In this document: piece by piece, positions 22,293-32,769 of the stretch
How the letters are laid out: each line of letters begins with the position of its first letter
How positions within the stretch are numbered: position 1 is the first letter of the stretch
Origin: Alphaproteobacteria bacterium
Lineage (GTDB): Bacteria > Pseudomonadota > Alphaproteobacteria > CADEGL01
Assembly: GCA_026400755.1 (NCBI GenBank)
Contig: JAPLOM010000008.1
Span: forward strand, 12,806 to 76,805
Direction of reading: 5' to 3'
DNA: 64,000 nucleotides
Position numbers and translations under genes: made by a program
The notes under the pieces: generated by a model
Told to the model about the DNA's origin: nothing
Database searches by the model: none
Seen by the model: the letters and a program-made list of their open reading frames with translations, nothing else

Positions 22293-23461
22293 ATTGCCGT
22301 CCGTGGTGCATCGGTGAACGCGAATCGCCAGCGGTGGTGAATGCGGCACGCGCTGTGAATCGTTCGGTGGATAACGTGTGCGTCGATTGTTGGCACCGTC
22401 TCTTTCATGCACAAGAAAATCGCGCGAAGAGCAGGTATTCGCCTTGAGCGCTTCAACAAAAGCAAAATACCGTGAAGTCGGTACGCGAAAGTGTCGGAGC
22501 AAGCATCTTTCGCCGAATCGCGGCACAGGCCTTCGGGTCCGCCGCGCGCCGACGGAAGACGCAAGCCCGGGAACCGCTCTCCGCGTTCACGCGCGAAGGA
22601 CGGTTCGGAGGATGGTCCGCACGCCGCAAGGCTGCGGGGCGTTCGCCGGGTGGTCCGGTTCCGATGCGATCTGGGTTCTGTTGCCGGGACCGCGGCGGGT
22701 TTCTTCGGAAACTCCCGCATGGCCGGCGGCGCGGTGGGCTCCGTCCGTGGAGCACGCCGAAGGAACCCGGCGGTTGGTCTTCCTCGTGAAGCACCACCGC
22801 TTGGTTCGGATCTCGCGATCCGGCACGGTGCCCTTCGGGGCCTGTCCGTGCGCGATGTCGGCCGGCTTGCCGGCGCGGACATCGAACGGATCGCCACCCG
22901 CCATCCCTCACAGGATGCGGATGCCGGGTTCCGGACACGGGGCGCGGACTCGGGTTCGCCTTTCGGGGCGCATCCGGTTTCGGCGGCGACCCTCCTCCGC
23001 GGGATTCGCCACCGGGCCCCGGCGCATGGTGTGAGGTCGATCGGGCGTTCGACCCGGTGAATCGAGTCCGTGAGCCTGGCGCTTCCTTGTGAAGCGGCGG
23101 GCAAGGCCAAGCGGTCCTGCTCGGGGGAAGCGCGGCCCGGTCTCGAGAGTCGGCGAACCCTTGCGGGACGCGCCGATGGTTTCACCGGGATTGGGATTGC
23201 GTCGGGGGTCGGGCCGGTTGGAGAGGCACGGGGCCGGTGGCGCTGTTCTTTCGCAGAGCGCGCGCCACGCGGGACGTCCGTCGAAGCTGCCTCACCGCTG
23301 TCGCGGCCCGGAGCCTTCACCGGCTCCAGAGGCGTCGGGAACGTGCCCTTGGGCACTTGCGCTGGCTTCGCGGCTGGGCGCACCCGACGCCTCTTGCTTT
23401 ATCACAAGCGATTCCCGGTCGCAACCAACTCTTGTGGTTTGACCCTCTGCGGCAACGATAT
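22293..23461 (+). other. ORF-free, hairpin-dense 1.17 kb region; candidate structured ncRNA locus (strand assignment tentative)
   Basis: No six-frame ORF has protein-like composition. Plus strand shows G>C and T>>A skew. Many perfect stems and C(UUCG)G-like loops. Lies between the 3' ends of two convergent genes. Confidence 0.4.
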
Positions 23462-24334
23462 CTAGGTGTTTTCCAGCGCTCGGATCGCGGCCGCCAACGC
23501 AACCAAACGTTCGGCCTCCACGACATGCAGGTTCTCGATCAGCCTGCCGTCCACCACCACCACGCCCTGCCCCTTGCGGGCCGCCTGGGCGTGGGCAGCG
23601 ATGATCTTCTCGGCGAAGGCGATCTCTTCCGCGCGCGGCGCGAAGGCTTCGTTGGCGGCGGCGATGGTCTTGGGATGGATCAGCGTCTTGCCGTCGAAGC
23701 CCAGCTCGGCGCCCTGCCGGCAGGCGGCGGCGAAACCCTCGGCGTCGTCGAGATCGAGATGGACGCCGTCGAGGATGGCGAGCCCGTGGGCACGCGCCGC
23801 GAGGACGCACAACTCCAAGCTCACGATCAGCGGCAAACGACCCGGCACATGCCGGGCGTGCAGATCCTTGGCAAGATCGGAGGTGCCCATGACGAAACCG
23901 GCCAAGCGCGCGTGGGCAGCGGCGATCTCGGCCGCGCGCAGGACGCCGCGCGGCGTTTCGATCATGCACCAGAGGCGAAGCGACTCCGGCGCGCCATTCC
24001 GCGTCAGCAGATCGGCCGCCTCGCGCACCGTCGCCGCGCTTTCGACCTTGGGCAGCAGCACCGCATCGGCGCGGCGGCGCGCGATGGCGGCGACATCGTC
24101 GCGGCCCCATGGGGTCTCGAGGCCATTCACGCGCACGATCAGCTCGCGCGAACCGTATCCGCCCGCCGTCAACGCCTCCGTCACCTGGTGTCGCGCGGCT
24201 TCCTTCGCATCGGGCGCCACGGCGTCTTCCAGATCGAGGATCAGCATGTCGGCCGGCAAGCCGCGCGCCTTTTCCAGCGCGCGGGCGTTGGAGCCCGGCA
24301 TGTAAAGGGCGCTGCGGCGCGGTCGAACGTCCAT
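23462..24334 (-). CDS. CitE-like CoA-ester lyase (HpcH/HpaI aldolase family; citrate lyase beta / malyl-CoA lyase-thioesterase-like)
   Basis: 290 aa. MLILDLEDAV N-terminal motif and the metal-binding E/D pattern of CitE-family proteins. Confidence 0.8.
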   Translation of the reverse strand: MDVRPRRSALYMPGSNARALEKARGLPADMLILDLEDAVAPDAKEAARHQVTEALTAGGYGSRELIVRVNGLETPWGRDDVAAIARRRADAVLLPKVESAATVREAADLLTRNGAPESLRLWCMIETPRGVLRAAEIAAAHARLAGFVMGTSDLAKDLHARHVPGRLPLIVSLELCVLAARAHGLAILDGVHLDLDDAEGFAAACRQGAELGFDGKTLIHPKTIAAANEAFAPRAEEIAFAEKIIAAHAQAARKGQGVVVVDGRLIENLHVVEAERLVALAAAIRALENT

Positions 24335-24404
24335 GGCGATGCTCCGGCTGGCGGGACGCGGCGACTATAAAGGCCGATCCCCCTGTGGCAAGCTGACGCT
24401 ACGC

Positions 24405-25250
24405 ATGAACGTCCTTTCCATCCAATCCTCGGTCGCCTACGGCCATGTGGGCAACGCGGCGGCCACGCTGCCGTTGCAGCGCATGGGCTTCGAGGTTTGG
24501 CCGGTCAACACCGTCACCCTCTCGAACCATCCTGCCCATGGCGGTTTTCGTGGCCGCTTCGCCAAAGCCGCAGAGCTGCGCGCGCTGATCCAGGGCATCG
24601 GAGAGCGCGGCGTCTTCGCGCGATGCAACGCCGTTCTATCCGGCTATCTGGGTGAGGCGGCGAACGGGCCGGTCGTGCTAGAGGCCGTGGCCGCGGTGAA
24701 GCGCGCGAATCCCAATGCGCTCTATTGCTGCGATCCGGTGATGGGCGAGAAGGATCGCGGCGTCTATGTGCGCGCGGGCATTCCAGAGTTCTTCCGCGAT
24801 CATGCGCTATCGGCTTCCGACATCGTCATCCCGAACCTGTTCGAGTTGGAGTTCCTGTCCGGCCGGCCGGCCGAGGACATCCCGTCCGTGCGCGCCGCGG
24901 CGCGGGCCTTGCTCGCGCGCGGGCCGCGTCTTGTCATCGTCTCGGGTCTGCGCGGGGAAAACGGTTCCATCGCCGTGCTGGCCGAGACGAAAGATGGCGC
25001 TTGGTTGGCCGAGACGCCCACACTCGACGTGGCCGCGCATGGCGCGGGCGACGCCTTCGCCGCCATGTTCCTCGGCCACTACCTGAAGCGCCCGAGCGTA
25101 GGCGCCGCACTGGGCCGCGCGATCTCCGCGCAATACGCGCTGATGCAAACCACGGCGCGCGCCAAGGGCAAGGGCGACCTCGCATTGATCGCGGCCCAGG
25201 ACGCCATTCTCGCGCCAAAGACGCTGTTCAAAGCCAAGCGCCTGCGTTAG
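24405..25250 (+). CDS. pdxY: pyridoxal kinase (PdxK/PdxY family)
   Basis: Start at MNVLSIQSSVAYGHVGN (ATG 24405). Ribokinase-like fold with the HGAGDAFAAMFLGH anion-hole motif. The first 24 codons of the track ORF are treated as artefact. Confidence 0.8.
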   Translation: MNVLSIQSSVAYGHVGNAAATLPLQRMGFEVWPVNTVTLSNHPAHGGFRGRFAKAAELRALIQGIGERGVFARCNAVLSGYLGEAANGPVVLEAVAAVKRANPNALYCCDPVMGEKDRGVYVRAGIPEFFRDHALSASDIVIPNLFELEFLSGRPAEDIPSVRAAARALLARGPRLVIVSGLRGENGSIAVLAETKDGAWLAETPTLDVAAHGAGDAFAAMFLGHYLKRPSVGAALGRAISAQYALMQTTARAKGKGDLALIAAQDAILAPKTLFKAKRLR

Positions 25251-25311
25251 ACAGGGGTTAACCCCGCAAAAGATGGGGAACGGAGACGGCAACGGGGACG
25301 TTTAGCCGGAA

Positions 25312-25953
25312 ATGATCGGTTCGCTGTTCGGTACCGGCATCATCATCGGATTCGCCATCGCGGCACCGGTGGGCCCGGTGGGAGTGATTTGCGCGCAGCG
25401 CACGATCGCGCGTGGGCCTTTGGCGGGCTTGGTTTCCGGCCTGGGCGCGGCGGTTGCCGATTCCATCTTCGGTATGTTCGCCGCCTTTGGCCTTTCCATC
25501 GTCGCGCAATGGATCGTCCAGCATCAGGTCTGGGTACGCGGCGTGGGCGGCATCTTCCTCCTGGTGCTGGGCGTGCGGCTTTTGCTCCACAAGCATTTGC
25601 GGTCGGAGATGAAGCCCGCGCAAAGCGGCAACGGCTTCGGCTATTTCGCCTCGACCTTCATCCTGACCATGACCAACCCGATCACGATCATTTCGTTCGC
25701 CGGTATCTTCGCGGCGTTCGGCGTGATCGAGCGCGTCACGACGCTGGCCGAAGGTTGGATCTTGGTCTCCGGCGTCTTCGTGGGCTCTTGCCTGTGGTGG
25801 GTGATGATCGCCATCGCGGCGGGACTGTTCCGCCGCGCGCTCAGCATGGACGGGTTGCGCTATGTCGACCTGGTGTCGGCGGCCATCATGCTGGCCTTCG
25901 GAAGCTATGCGCTGATCAGCGCCATTCCGGGCTTCCGCGCGCTTCTCGGCTAG
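25312..25953 (+). CDS. LysE/RhtB-family amino-acid exporter
   Basis: 213 aa, about 6 TM helices, LysE-type N-terminus (GPVGVICA...). Confidence 0.78.
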   Translation: MIGSLFGTGIIIGFAIAAPVGPVGVICAQRTIARGPLAGLVSGLGAAVADSIFGMFAAFGLSIVAQWIVQHQVWVRGVGGIFLLVLGVRLLLHKHLRSEMKPAQSGNGFGYFASTFILTMTNPITIISFAGIFAAFGVIERVTTLAEGWILVSGVFVGSCLWWVMIAIAAGLFRRALSMDGLRYVDLVSAAIMLAFGSYALISAIPGFRALLG

Positions 25954-25962
25954 TTAAACAAG

Positions 25963-25991
25963 AAGGGCGCCGCCCGCGGGCGACGCCCTTT
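25963..25991. terminator. bidirectional terminator-like hairpin between convergent lysE-family gene and asd
   Basis: aagggcgccgcccgcgggcgacgcccttt, a near-perfect inverted repeat followed by TTT. Confidence 0.55.
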
Positions 25992-26010
25992 CCCATTCCA
26001 TCCGGCCGGA

Positions 26011-27033
26011 TCAGGCCGCCGTGCGCATGTAAGACTTGTCCAGCACCTCGGCGATCTGGATCGCATTGAGCGCCGCGCCCTTGCGCAGATTGTCCGCGAC
26101 CACCCATAGGGTCAGGCCGTTCTCGATCGTCGCGTCCTCGCGGATGCGGCTGATGAAGACGTTGTCCTCGCCTGCACTCTCGGCGGGGGTGACATAGCCG
26201 TCGTCCCGGCGATGGTCGATCACGGTGATGCCCGGCGCCCGGCGGAGCGCGGCGCGGGCGTCGTCGGCCGACAACGGCTTCTCGAACTCGATGTTGATGG
26301 CCTCGGCATGGCCGACGAAGACCGGCACGCGCACACAGGTTGCCGTCAGCTTGATTTTAGGATCGAGGATCTTCTTGGTCTCGACCATCATCTTCCATTC
26401 TTCCTTGGTGGAGCCGTCGTCCATAAAGACATCGATATGCGGGATCACGTTGAAGGCGATCTGCTTCGTAAACTGTTCGCGCTTCATGGCATCGTTCACA
26501 TAGATGCCGCGGGTCTGGCTGAACAGCTCATCCATGGCCTCGCGCCCGGCGCCCGAGACCGACTGGTAGGTCGACACCACCACGCGCTTGATGCGCGCGA
26601 TGTCGTGCAGCGGCTTCAGCGCCACCACCAACTGGATGGTCGAGCAGTTGGGATTGGCGATGATGTTCCGCTTGGTGTAGCCGGCGATCGCGTGCGGATT
26701 CACCTCGGGAACGATCAGCGGCACGTCCGGGTCCATGCGGAACTGCGAGGTGTTGTCGATGACGACGCAGCCGGCCGAGCCTGCCTTGGGCGCATAGATG
26801 GCCGAAACCTTGGCACCCGGCGAGAACAGGCCGATGTGGGTGCCCCGGAAGTCGTACTTGTCCAGCGCCTGGACGACCAGATCGTCATCGCCGAAGGACA
26901 CTTTCTTGCCGGCGGATTCGGCGGAGGCCAGGGCCACGACGTCCGTCACCGGGAACTTTCGCTCGGAGAGCGTTTTCAGCATCTCCTGACCGACTGCTCC
27001 GGTGGCGCCGACGACTGCGACCTTATAGGCCAT
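26011..27033 (-). CDS. asd: aspartate-semialdehyde dehydrogenase
   Basis: 340 aa. MAYKVAVVGATGAVGQEM NAD(P)-binding N-terminus and an active-site Cys region (NCSTI). Confidence 0.95.
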   Translation of the reverse strand: MAYKVAVVGATGAVGQEMLKTLSERKFPVTDVVALASAESAGKKVSFGDDDLVVQALDKYDFRGTHIGLFSPGAKVSAIYAPKAGSAGCVVIDNTSQFRMDPDVPLIVPEVNPHAIAGYTKRNIIANPNCSTIQLVVALKPLHDIARIKRVVVSTYQSVSGAGREAMDELFSQTRGIYVNDAMKREQFTKQIAFNVIPHIDVFMDDGSTKEEWKMMVETKKILDPKIKLTATCVRVPVFVGHAEAINIEFEKPLSADDARAALRRAPGITVIDHRRDDGYVTPAESAGEDNVFISRIREDATIENGLTLWVVADNLRKGAALNAIQIAEVLDKSYMRTAA

Positions 27034-27169
27034 GACACCTCTTCCTTTGTTCCGAACGCCCGGAAAATACCGAAGTTTCGCGCTTCAATTACGCAGGCTT
27101 TAGGGCGTTTTCAAGCGGAGTCCACGGATTCCGCCCCGATTCGCGGCAAAATCCGTCGGAACTTCCGTC

Positions 27170-28282
27170 TCAGCCGACCAGCTTGGCCAATTCTTTGCGC
27201 ACGGCCTCGCCCATTTCCTTGGTCGACACCTTGGTCTTGCCCGGCTGCATGATGTCGGCCGTGCGGTAGCCCGCGGCCAGCACATTGGTGATGGCCTTCT
27301 CGATCATGGAAGCCTCGGCATCCTGGTCGAAGGAATAGCGCAGCATCATGGCGAAGGAGAGCAGCGTGGCCAGCGGATTGGCCAGGCCCTTGCCCGCGAT
27401 GTCGGGGGCCGAGCCGTGGACCGGCTCGTACAGCGCCTTGCGGCGGCCCTGCTTGTCGGGCGCGCCGAGCGAGGCGGACGGCAGCATGCCGAGCGAGCCC
27501 GTCAGCATGGCGGCCTCGTCCGACAGCATATCGCCGAACAGATTGTCTGTGACGATCACATCGAACTGGCGCGGGTTGCGCACCAGCTGCATGGCCATGT
27601 TGTCGGCATACATATGGGACAGCTCGACGTCCTTGTATTCCTGATCGTGGAGCTTCTGGACCTCTTCGCGCCACAACACGCCGGCTTCCATCACGTTGGC
27701 CTTCTCGGCGGAACAGACCTTGTTGCCGCGCTTGCGGGCCAAGTCGAAGGCCACGCGCGCCACGCGCAGGATCTCGCTGGTCGTATAGACGTGCGTGTTG
27801 ATGCCGCGGCGTTCGCCGTTCGGCAGCGTCTCGACACCGCGGGGCGAACCGAAATACATGCCGCCAGTGAGTTCGCGGATGATCATGATGTCCAAGCCCT
27901 TCACGATCTCGGGCTTAAGCGTCGAGGCATCGACCAGCGCGTCGAAAACCAGCGCCGGACGCAAATTCGCGAACAGCTCCATCTCCTTGCGCAGGCGCAG
28001 AAGGCCGCGCTCGGGCTTTTGCGCGAAGGGCAGCGAATCCCACTTGGGACCACCGACGGCGCCCAGCAGCACCGCATCCACGCCCATGGCATCGGCCATG
28101 GTGTTGTCCGTCAGCGGAACGCCGTGCTTGTCGATGGCGCTGCCGCCCACCAGACCTTCGGAAACGTCGAACGCGACCGTGCGCTTGGCGGCGAGCCAAT
28201 CGATGACGTTGCGGACCTCGCCCATCACCTCGGGTCCGATCCCGTCGCCGGGCAGCATCAAGAGTTTCCGGTTCGCGGCCAT
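27170..28282 (-). CDS. leuB: 3-isopropylmalate dehydrogenase
   Basis: Start at [19 protein letters not shown] (ATG 28282-28280). Isocitrate/IPM dehydrogenase signature [20 protein letters not shown]. Confidence 0.93.
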   Translation of the reverse strand: MAANRKLLMLPGDGIGPEVMGEVRNVIDWLAAKRTVAFDVSEGLVGGSAIDKHGVPLTDNTMADAMGVDAVLLGAVGGPKWDSLPFAQKPERGLLRLRKEMELFANLRPALVFDALVDASTLKPEIVKGLDIMIIRELTGGMYFGSPRGVETLPNGERRGINTHVYTTSEILRVARVAFDLARKRGNKVCSAEKANVMEAGVLWREEVQKLHDQEYKDVELSHMYADNMAMQLVRNPRQFDVIVTDNLFGDMLSDEAAMLTGSLGMLPSASLGAPDKQGRRKALYEPVHGSAPDIAGKGLANPLATLLSFAMMLRYSFDQDAEASMIEKAITNVLAAGYRTADIMQPGKTKVSTKEMGEAVRKELAKLVG

Positions 28283-28320
28283 GGCGTTCCCCGTCGTGCG
28301 TGTTGGTGGTGGAGCGGTGG

Positions 28321-28941
28321 TCAGGCCCGGGCGGTGTGGAGCCAGGGCTGATTGGATTTCTGCTTGCTTTCGAAGCCGTCGATCTCGGCGCCCTTCTGCA
28401 GCGTGAGGCCGATATCGTCGAGGCCGTTCAGGAGACAATGCTTGCGGAACGGCTCGACGTCGAACTTGATCGTGCCGCCGTCGGGGCCCTTGATCTCCTG
28501 CTTCTCCAGGTCGATCGAGACGACCGCGTTGGCGCCGCGTTTGGCGTCGTCCATCAAGAGGTCGACCTGCTCCTTCGGCAGCCTGATGGGCAACACGCCG
28601 TTCTTGAAGCAGTTGTTGTAGAAAATGTCGGCGAAGGACGTGGAGATCACGCAGCGGATGCCGAAATCGAGCAACGCCCAGGGCGCGTGCTCGCGGCTGG
28701 AGCCGCAGCCGAAATTGTCGCCCGCGACCAGGATCTGCGCCTTGCGATAGGCCGGCTGGTTCAAAACAAAATCCGGCTTCTCTGACCCGTCCGGGTTGTA
28801 GCGGACGTCGTTGAACACGCTCTTGCCGAGGCCCGTGCGCTTGATGGTCTTCAAGAAGCGCGCCGGGATGATGCGATCGGTGTCGATATTGGGCGTCGGC
28901 ATGGGGGCAGCAACGCCGGTAAGGGTGGTGAATTTCTGCAT
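28321..28941 (-). CDS. leuD: 3-isopropylmalate dehydratase small subunit
   Basis: Start at [14 protein letters not shown] (ATG 28941-28939). Aconitase swivel-domain sequence. Confidence 0.93.
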   Translation of the reverse strand: MQKFTTLTGVAAPMPTPNIDTDRIIPARFLKTIKRTGLGKSVFNDVRYNPDGSEKPDFVLNQPAYRKAQILVAGDNFGCGSSREHAPWALLDFGIRCVISTSFADIFYNNCFKNGVLPIRLPKEQVDLLMDDAKRGANAVVSIDLEKQEIKGPDGGTIKFDVEPFRKHCLLNGLDDIGLTLQKGAEIDGFESKQKSNQPWLHTARA

Positions 28942-28955
28942 GGCTCGCGCTTCCC

Positions 28956-30368
28956 TCAGCTCATGAATTCGCGCACGTCGGCGAAGCGGCCCTTGATGGC
29001 AGCGGCCGCTGCCATGGCCGGGCTCAGAAGATGGGTGCGCCCGCCGGGCCCCTGGCGGCCTTCGAAATTTCGGTTGGAGGTCGAGGCGCAACGCTCGCCG
29101 GGCTTCAGCTTGTCAGCGTTCATGGCCAGGCACATGGAACAGCTGGGCTCGCGCCAGTCGAAGCCGGCCTCGATGAGGATGCGGTCCAGGCCTTCTTCTT
29201 CCGCCTGCTGCTTCACCAATCCCGAACCGGGCACGACCAGCGCGCGGATGCCTGCGGCAACCTTGCGGCCCTTGGCGATCGCAGCGACCGCACGCATGTC
29301 TTCGATACGGCCGTTGGTGCACGAGCCGATGAAGACCGTGTCGATCTTCACATCCTGCATCGCCATGCCGGCCTTGAGGCCCATGTAGGAAAGCTGGCGC
29401 TCCATCGAGGCGCGCTTGTCGGCATCCTCGACGGTGGATGGATCGGGCACGTGGCCGGTGATCGGCACGACGTCCTCGGGGCTGGTGCCCCAGGTCAAAA
29501 CAGGCGGGATCTCGGCGGCGCGCAGGGTGATTTCCTTGTCGTAGATCGCACCGGGATCGGAGGGCAGCGTGCGCCAATAGGTGACGGCCTGTTCCCAAGC
29601 CCCTGCTTTGGGCGCCATCGGGCGGCCCTTGATGTATTCGAACGTCACGTCGTCCGGCGCGATCAGGCCGGCGCGCGCCCCGCCTTCGATCGACATGTTG
29701 CAGACGGTCATGCGGCCTTCCATCGAAAGCGCGCGCACGGCCTCGCCCGCATACTCGATGACGTGGCCGGTGCCGCCCGCGGTGCCGATGGTGCCGATGA
29801 TGGCCAGGACCATGTCCTTGGCGCCGACGCCCGGCGACAGCGCGCCGTCGACCGTGACGCGCATGTTCTTGGCCGGCCTTTGGATCAGCGTCTGGGTGGC
29901 CAGCACATGCTCGACCTCGGAGGTGCCGATGCCGAAGGCCAGCGAGCCGAACGCGCCATGGGTCGAGGTATGGCTGTCGCCGCACACGATGGTCATGCCG
30001 GGCAGAGTGAAGCCCTGCTCCGGCCCGATGATGTGGACGATGCCCTGGCGGATGTCGTTCATCCCGATGATGGGAACGCCGAACTCCGCGCAGTTTTTCT
30101 CCAGCGTCTCGATCTGCAGCGCCGATTCGGGATCGTCGATGCCCTGGGACCGGGGCGTCGTCGGCACGTTGTGGTCGGGCACGGCCAGCGTCGCGTCCGG
30201 ACGGCGCACCTTGCGGCCCGCCGTACGCAGGCCCTCGAGGGCCTGCGGGCTGGTCACCTCGTGGACGAGGTGGCGGTCGATATAGAGCAGGCACGTGCCA
30301 TCGTCGCGCTTGTCGACGAGATGGTTGTCCCAAACTTTATCGAACAACGTCCGCGGCTTGGTCATCAC
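28956..30368 (-). CDS. leuC: 3-isopropylmalate dehydratase large subunit
   Basis: 470 aa. Aconitase-family 4Fe-4S ligand cysteines (GSCTNGR, CSMC). Confidence 0.95.
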   Translation of the reverse strand: MMTKPRTLFDKVWDNHLVDKRDDGTCLLYIDRHLVHEVTSPQALEGLRTAGRKVRRPDATLAVPDHNVPTTPRSQGIDDPESALQIETLEKNCAEFGVPIIGMNDIRQGIVHIIGPEQGFTLPGMTIVCGDSHTSTHGAFGSLAFGIGTSEVEHVLATQTLIQRPAKNMRVTVDGALSPGVGAKDMVLAIIGTIGTAGGTGHVIEYAGEAVRALSMEGRMTVCNMSIEGGARAGLIAPDDVTFEYIKGRPMAPKAGAWEQAVTYWRTLPSDPGAIYDKEITLRAAEIPPVLTWGTSPEDVVPITGHVPDPSTVEDADKRASMERQLSYMGLKAGMAMQDVKIDTVFIGSCTNGRIEDMRAVAAIAKGRKVAAGIRALVVPGSGLVKQQAEEEGLDRILIEAGFDWREPSCSMCLAMNADKLKPGERCASTSNRNFEGRQGPGGRTHLLSPAMAAAAAIKGRFADVREFMS

Positions 30369-30406
30369 GCCAATCCTTGATCCCGATTCATCAATCCAAT
30401 GAAGCG

Positions 30407-30940
30407 TTAGCGGCGGTCGGTCCGCTCGCGCTTCTTCTCCTTGGGCTTCTTGTCAGCCTTCGGCTTCTTCTCGGCCTTGGCCGCGACGGCCTGGGCCGCG
30501 CCCTGGGGCAGGGCCTCGGCGGCCACTTCGCCCTTGGCGAACGCTTCGCTCGCGGTCGCGGCACCATCGCCGCTCTGCACGATGCCGATGCGCTCGGCGA
30601 TGCGCGCGCTCTTACCCGTGCGGCCGCGGAGGAAATAGAGCTTCGCGCGGCGCACGCGGCCACGGCGCATCACCTCGATCTCGGCGATGCGGGGACTGTA
30701 GAGCGGAAACACGCGCTCGACGCCCTCGCCGTAGCTGATCTTGCGCACGGTGAACGACGAGTTGAGGCCCGCGTTCCGGCGCGCGATGCACACGCCCTCG
30801 AACGCCTGGACGCGTTCGCGCGTGCCTTCGACAACCTTTACCTTGACCCGCAGCGTGTCGCCAGCGCGGAACTCCGGCACCGCGCGGGCGGCCGTCAGCT
30901 TCTGGACCTGCTCATGCTCGAGCTGTTGGACGATGTTCAT
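30407..30940 (-). CDS. rplS: 50S ribosomal protein L19 with Lys/Ala-rich C-terminal extension
   Basis: L19 core [31 protein letters not shown], plus a roughly 50-aa [16 protein letters not shown] tail. Confidence 0.9.
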   Translation of the reverse strand: MNIVQQLEHEQVQKLTAARAVPEFRAGDTLRVKVKVVEGTRERVQAFEGVCIARRNAGLNSSFTVRKISYGEGVERVFPLYSPRIAEIEVMRRGRVRRAKLYFLRGRTGKSARIAERIGIVQSGDGAATASEAFAKGEVAAEALPQGAAQAVAAKAEKKPKADKKPKEKKRERTDRR

Positions 30941-30943
30941 GGT

Positions 30944-31702
30944 TCAACCCTTTCCTTCGCCGGCTCCGATCGAGCCGGGTTCGCGGCCCTTGCGGGCCAT
31001 GCTGTAGCGCAGCCACAAATCGGGTCTGCGCGCCTTCGTCACTTCCTCGGCCTGGGCCTGGCGCCAAGCCCGGACCCGTTCGTGGTGCCCGCTCAACAGA
31101 ACGTCCGGCACCGTTAGGCCCTGCCAGTCCTGCGGCCGCGTGAAATGCGGATACTCCAACAGGCCCGACGAAAAACTTTCTTCCTCCAGCGACTCCACCG
31201 CGCCCAGCACGCCCGGCAAAAGCCGCACGCAGGCATCCAGCAGGCAGGCCGCCGCGGGCTCGCCGCCCGACAGCACGAAATCGCCGACGCTCACCTCTTC
31301 TATGCCGCGCGCGTCGAGCACGCGCTGGTCCACGCCCTCGTACCGTCCGCACAGAAGAACCGGCCCCGGCCCGTCGGCCAGCGCGCGCACGCGCGCCTGG
31401 TCCAGCGCCGCCCCACGGGGCGACAGATAGATCACCGGTGCCTCGGACAGTCCCGCGTCCGCGCGCCGCCGTGCCACGAAATCGAGCGCGGCATCCACGA
31501 CGTCGGGCCGCATCACAAGTCCCGGCCCGCCGCCAAACGGCGCATCGTCGACAGTGCCGTGTTTATTGCCCGCGAAGGCCCGGATGTCCACCGTTTCAAG
31601 GGCCCAGAGCTCGCTCGCCAGCGCCCGGCCGGGCATGGAAATGCCCAACGGTCCCGGGAACATTTCGGGGAACAGCGTGAGGACGGTGGCGGTCCAGATC
31701 AT
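30944..31702 (-). CDS. trmD: tRNA (guanine37-N1)-methyltransferase
   Basis: 252 aa. The [15 protein letters not shown]... and SPRG... segments are the SPOUT knot motifs. Confidence 0.93.
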   Translation of the reverse strand: MIWTATVLTLFPEMFPGPLGISMPGRALASELWALETVDIRAFAGNKHGTVDDAPFGGGPGLVMRPDVVDAALDFVARRRADAGLSEAPVIYLSPRGAALDQARVRALADGPGPVLLCGRYEGVDQRVLDARGIEEVSVGDFVLSGGEPAAACLLDACVRLLPGVLGAVESLEEESFSSGLLEYPHFTRPQDWQGLTVPDVLLSGHHERVRAWRQAQAEEVTKARRPDLWLRYSMARKGREPGSIGAGEGKG

Positions 31703-32250
31703 GCCGCACCTCCCTTCTTCCGCGCTGGCTTGGGCGCGTCGAGGAAGCCCGGCGGCGGCTCGACCACGAGCTTGCCCGCGGACAGGTCGACCACGGGCAC
31801 GACGGCATCGGTGAACGGCAGCATGACGCTGGTGACGGAATTCTCGCCGATTTCCAGCACCTCGCCCGCGCCGAAATCGTGGACCGCGAGAACACGGCCC
31901 AAGGGCGCGCCGTCCTGCTTCTCCACCGGCAACCCGACCAGATCGGAGACATAGAACTCGTTCTCCGATTCCGTCTTAGGCAGCATGCCGCGCGCGATAA
32001 AAAGGCGCGTGCCCCGAAGCGCCTCGGCCGCGTCGCGGTCGGCGACGCCGGGAATGCGCGCAATGGCCTGGCCGCGCGCGGTGCCCGCGAGCGTCAACCG
32101 GAACGAACGCGCGCCGGCCTCGTCCGTGACGGGGCCGTAGGCGGCGATCGCCTCGGGCTGGGCCGTGAACGTCTTGATGCGCACGGCGCCCCTTACGCCA
32201 TGCGCACCCGAGATCACGCCCAGGCACACCATTTTCGCGCGCTCCGTCAT
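31699..32250 (-). CDS. rimM: ribosome maturation factor RimM
   Basis: The [20 protein letters not shown]-terminus and PRC-barrel C-terminus. 4-nt overlap with trmD. The start may be the 7th codon. Confidence 0.88.
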   Translation of the reverse strand: MTERAKMVCLGVISGAHGVRGAVRIKTFTAQPEAIAAYGPVTDEAGARSFRLTLAGTARGQAIARIPGVADRDAAEALRGTRLFIARGMLPKTESENEFYVSDLVGLPVEKQDGAPLGRVLAVHDFGAGEVLEIGENSVTSVMLPFTDAVVPVVDLSAGKLVVEPPPGFLDAPKPARKKGGAA

Positions 32251-32262
32251 CGCACCCCGTTC

Positions 32263-32688
32263 TTAGGCCTCGGCCTCGGCGGCAGGCGCCTCGGCCGGTG
32301 TGGCCGGAGCCGCAGGTGCCGCCGGTGCTGCGGCGGCGGCTTCCGCCGCTGCCTTGGCTGCTTCGATCGCCTTCAGACGCTCCTGCGCCTTGGCCTTCGG
32401 CAGATGCGCCTTGGTGGTCTTGTTGATCACGGGCTTCTCAGCCAGGCCAGCCGCATGCAGGAAATGCGCGACGCGGTCGCTGGGCAGGGCGCCCACGCTC
32501 AGCCAATGCTTGGCGCGCTCGGCGTCGAGGATGACGCGCTGCGGATTGTCGCGCGTCAGCATCGGGTTGTAGGTGCCGATCTTCTCGATGAAGCGGCCGT
32601 CGCGCGGGCTGCGCGAATCGGCCACGACGATGCGGTAGAAGGGGCGCTTCTTGGCGCCGATTCGGGTCATACGGATTTTGAGCGACAT
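32263..32688 (-). CDS. rpsP: 30S ribosomal protein S16 with Ala/Pro-rich C-terminal extension
   Basis: S16 core [35 protein letters not shown], plus an [22 protein letters not shown] tail. Confidence 0.93.
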   Translation of the reverse strand: MSLKIRMTRIGAKKRPFYRIVVADSRSPRDGRFIEKIGTYNPMLTRDNPQRVILDAERAKHWLSVGALPSDRVAHFLHAAGLAEKPVINKTTKAHLPKAKAQERLKAIEAAKAAAEAAAAAPAAPAAPATPAEAPAAEAEA

Positions 32689-32769
32689 GTCTTTGTAATT
32701 CTCCTGTTTCTCGCGGTGTCGGTTGTCTCTTGGTTTCGATTCGCCGGTAAAAATCTCGGGTAAAAAATC

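Noticed and set aside
22371-22395. GTGCG at 22377 as a possible group II intron 5' end within the ORF-free region
   Set aside because: No recognisable domain V (AGC...GNRA...) or intron-encoded RT. The motif is too short to be meaningful.
21698-23383. 561-aa minus-strand ORF (and 218/189/131-aa plus-strand ORFs) covering the rnk-citE spacer
   Set aside because: Pro/Arg/Gly-rich nonsense with no start context or domain resemblance. It also runs antisense through rnk. The region is treated as non-coding.
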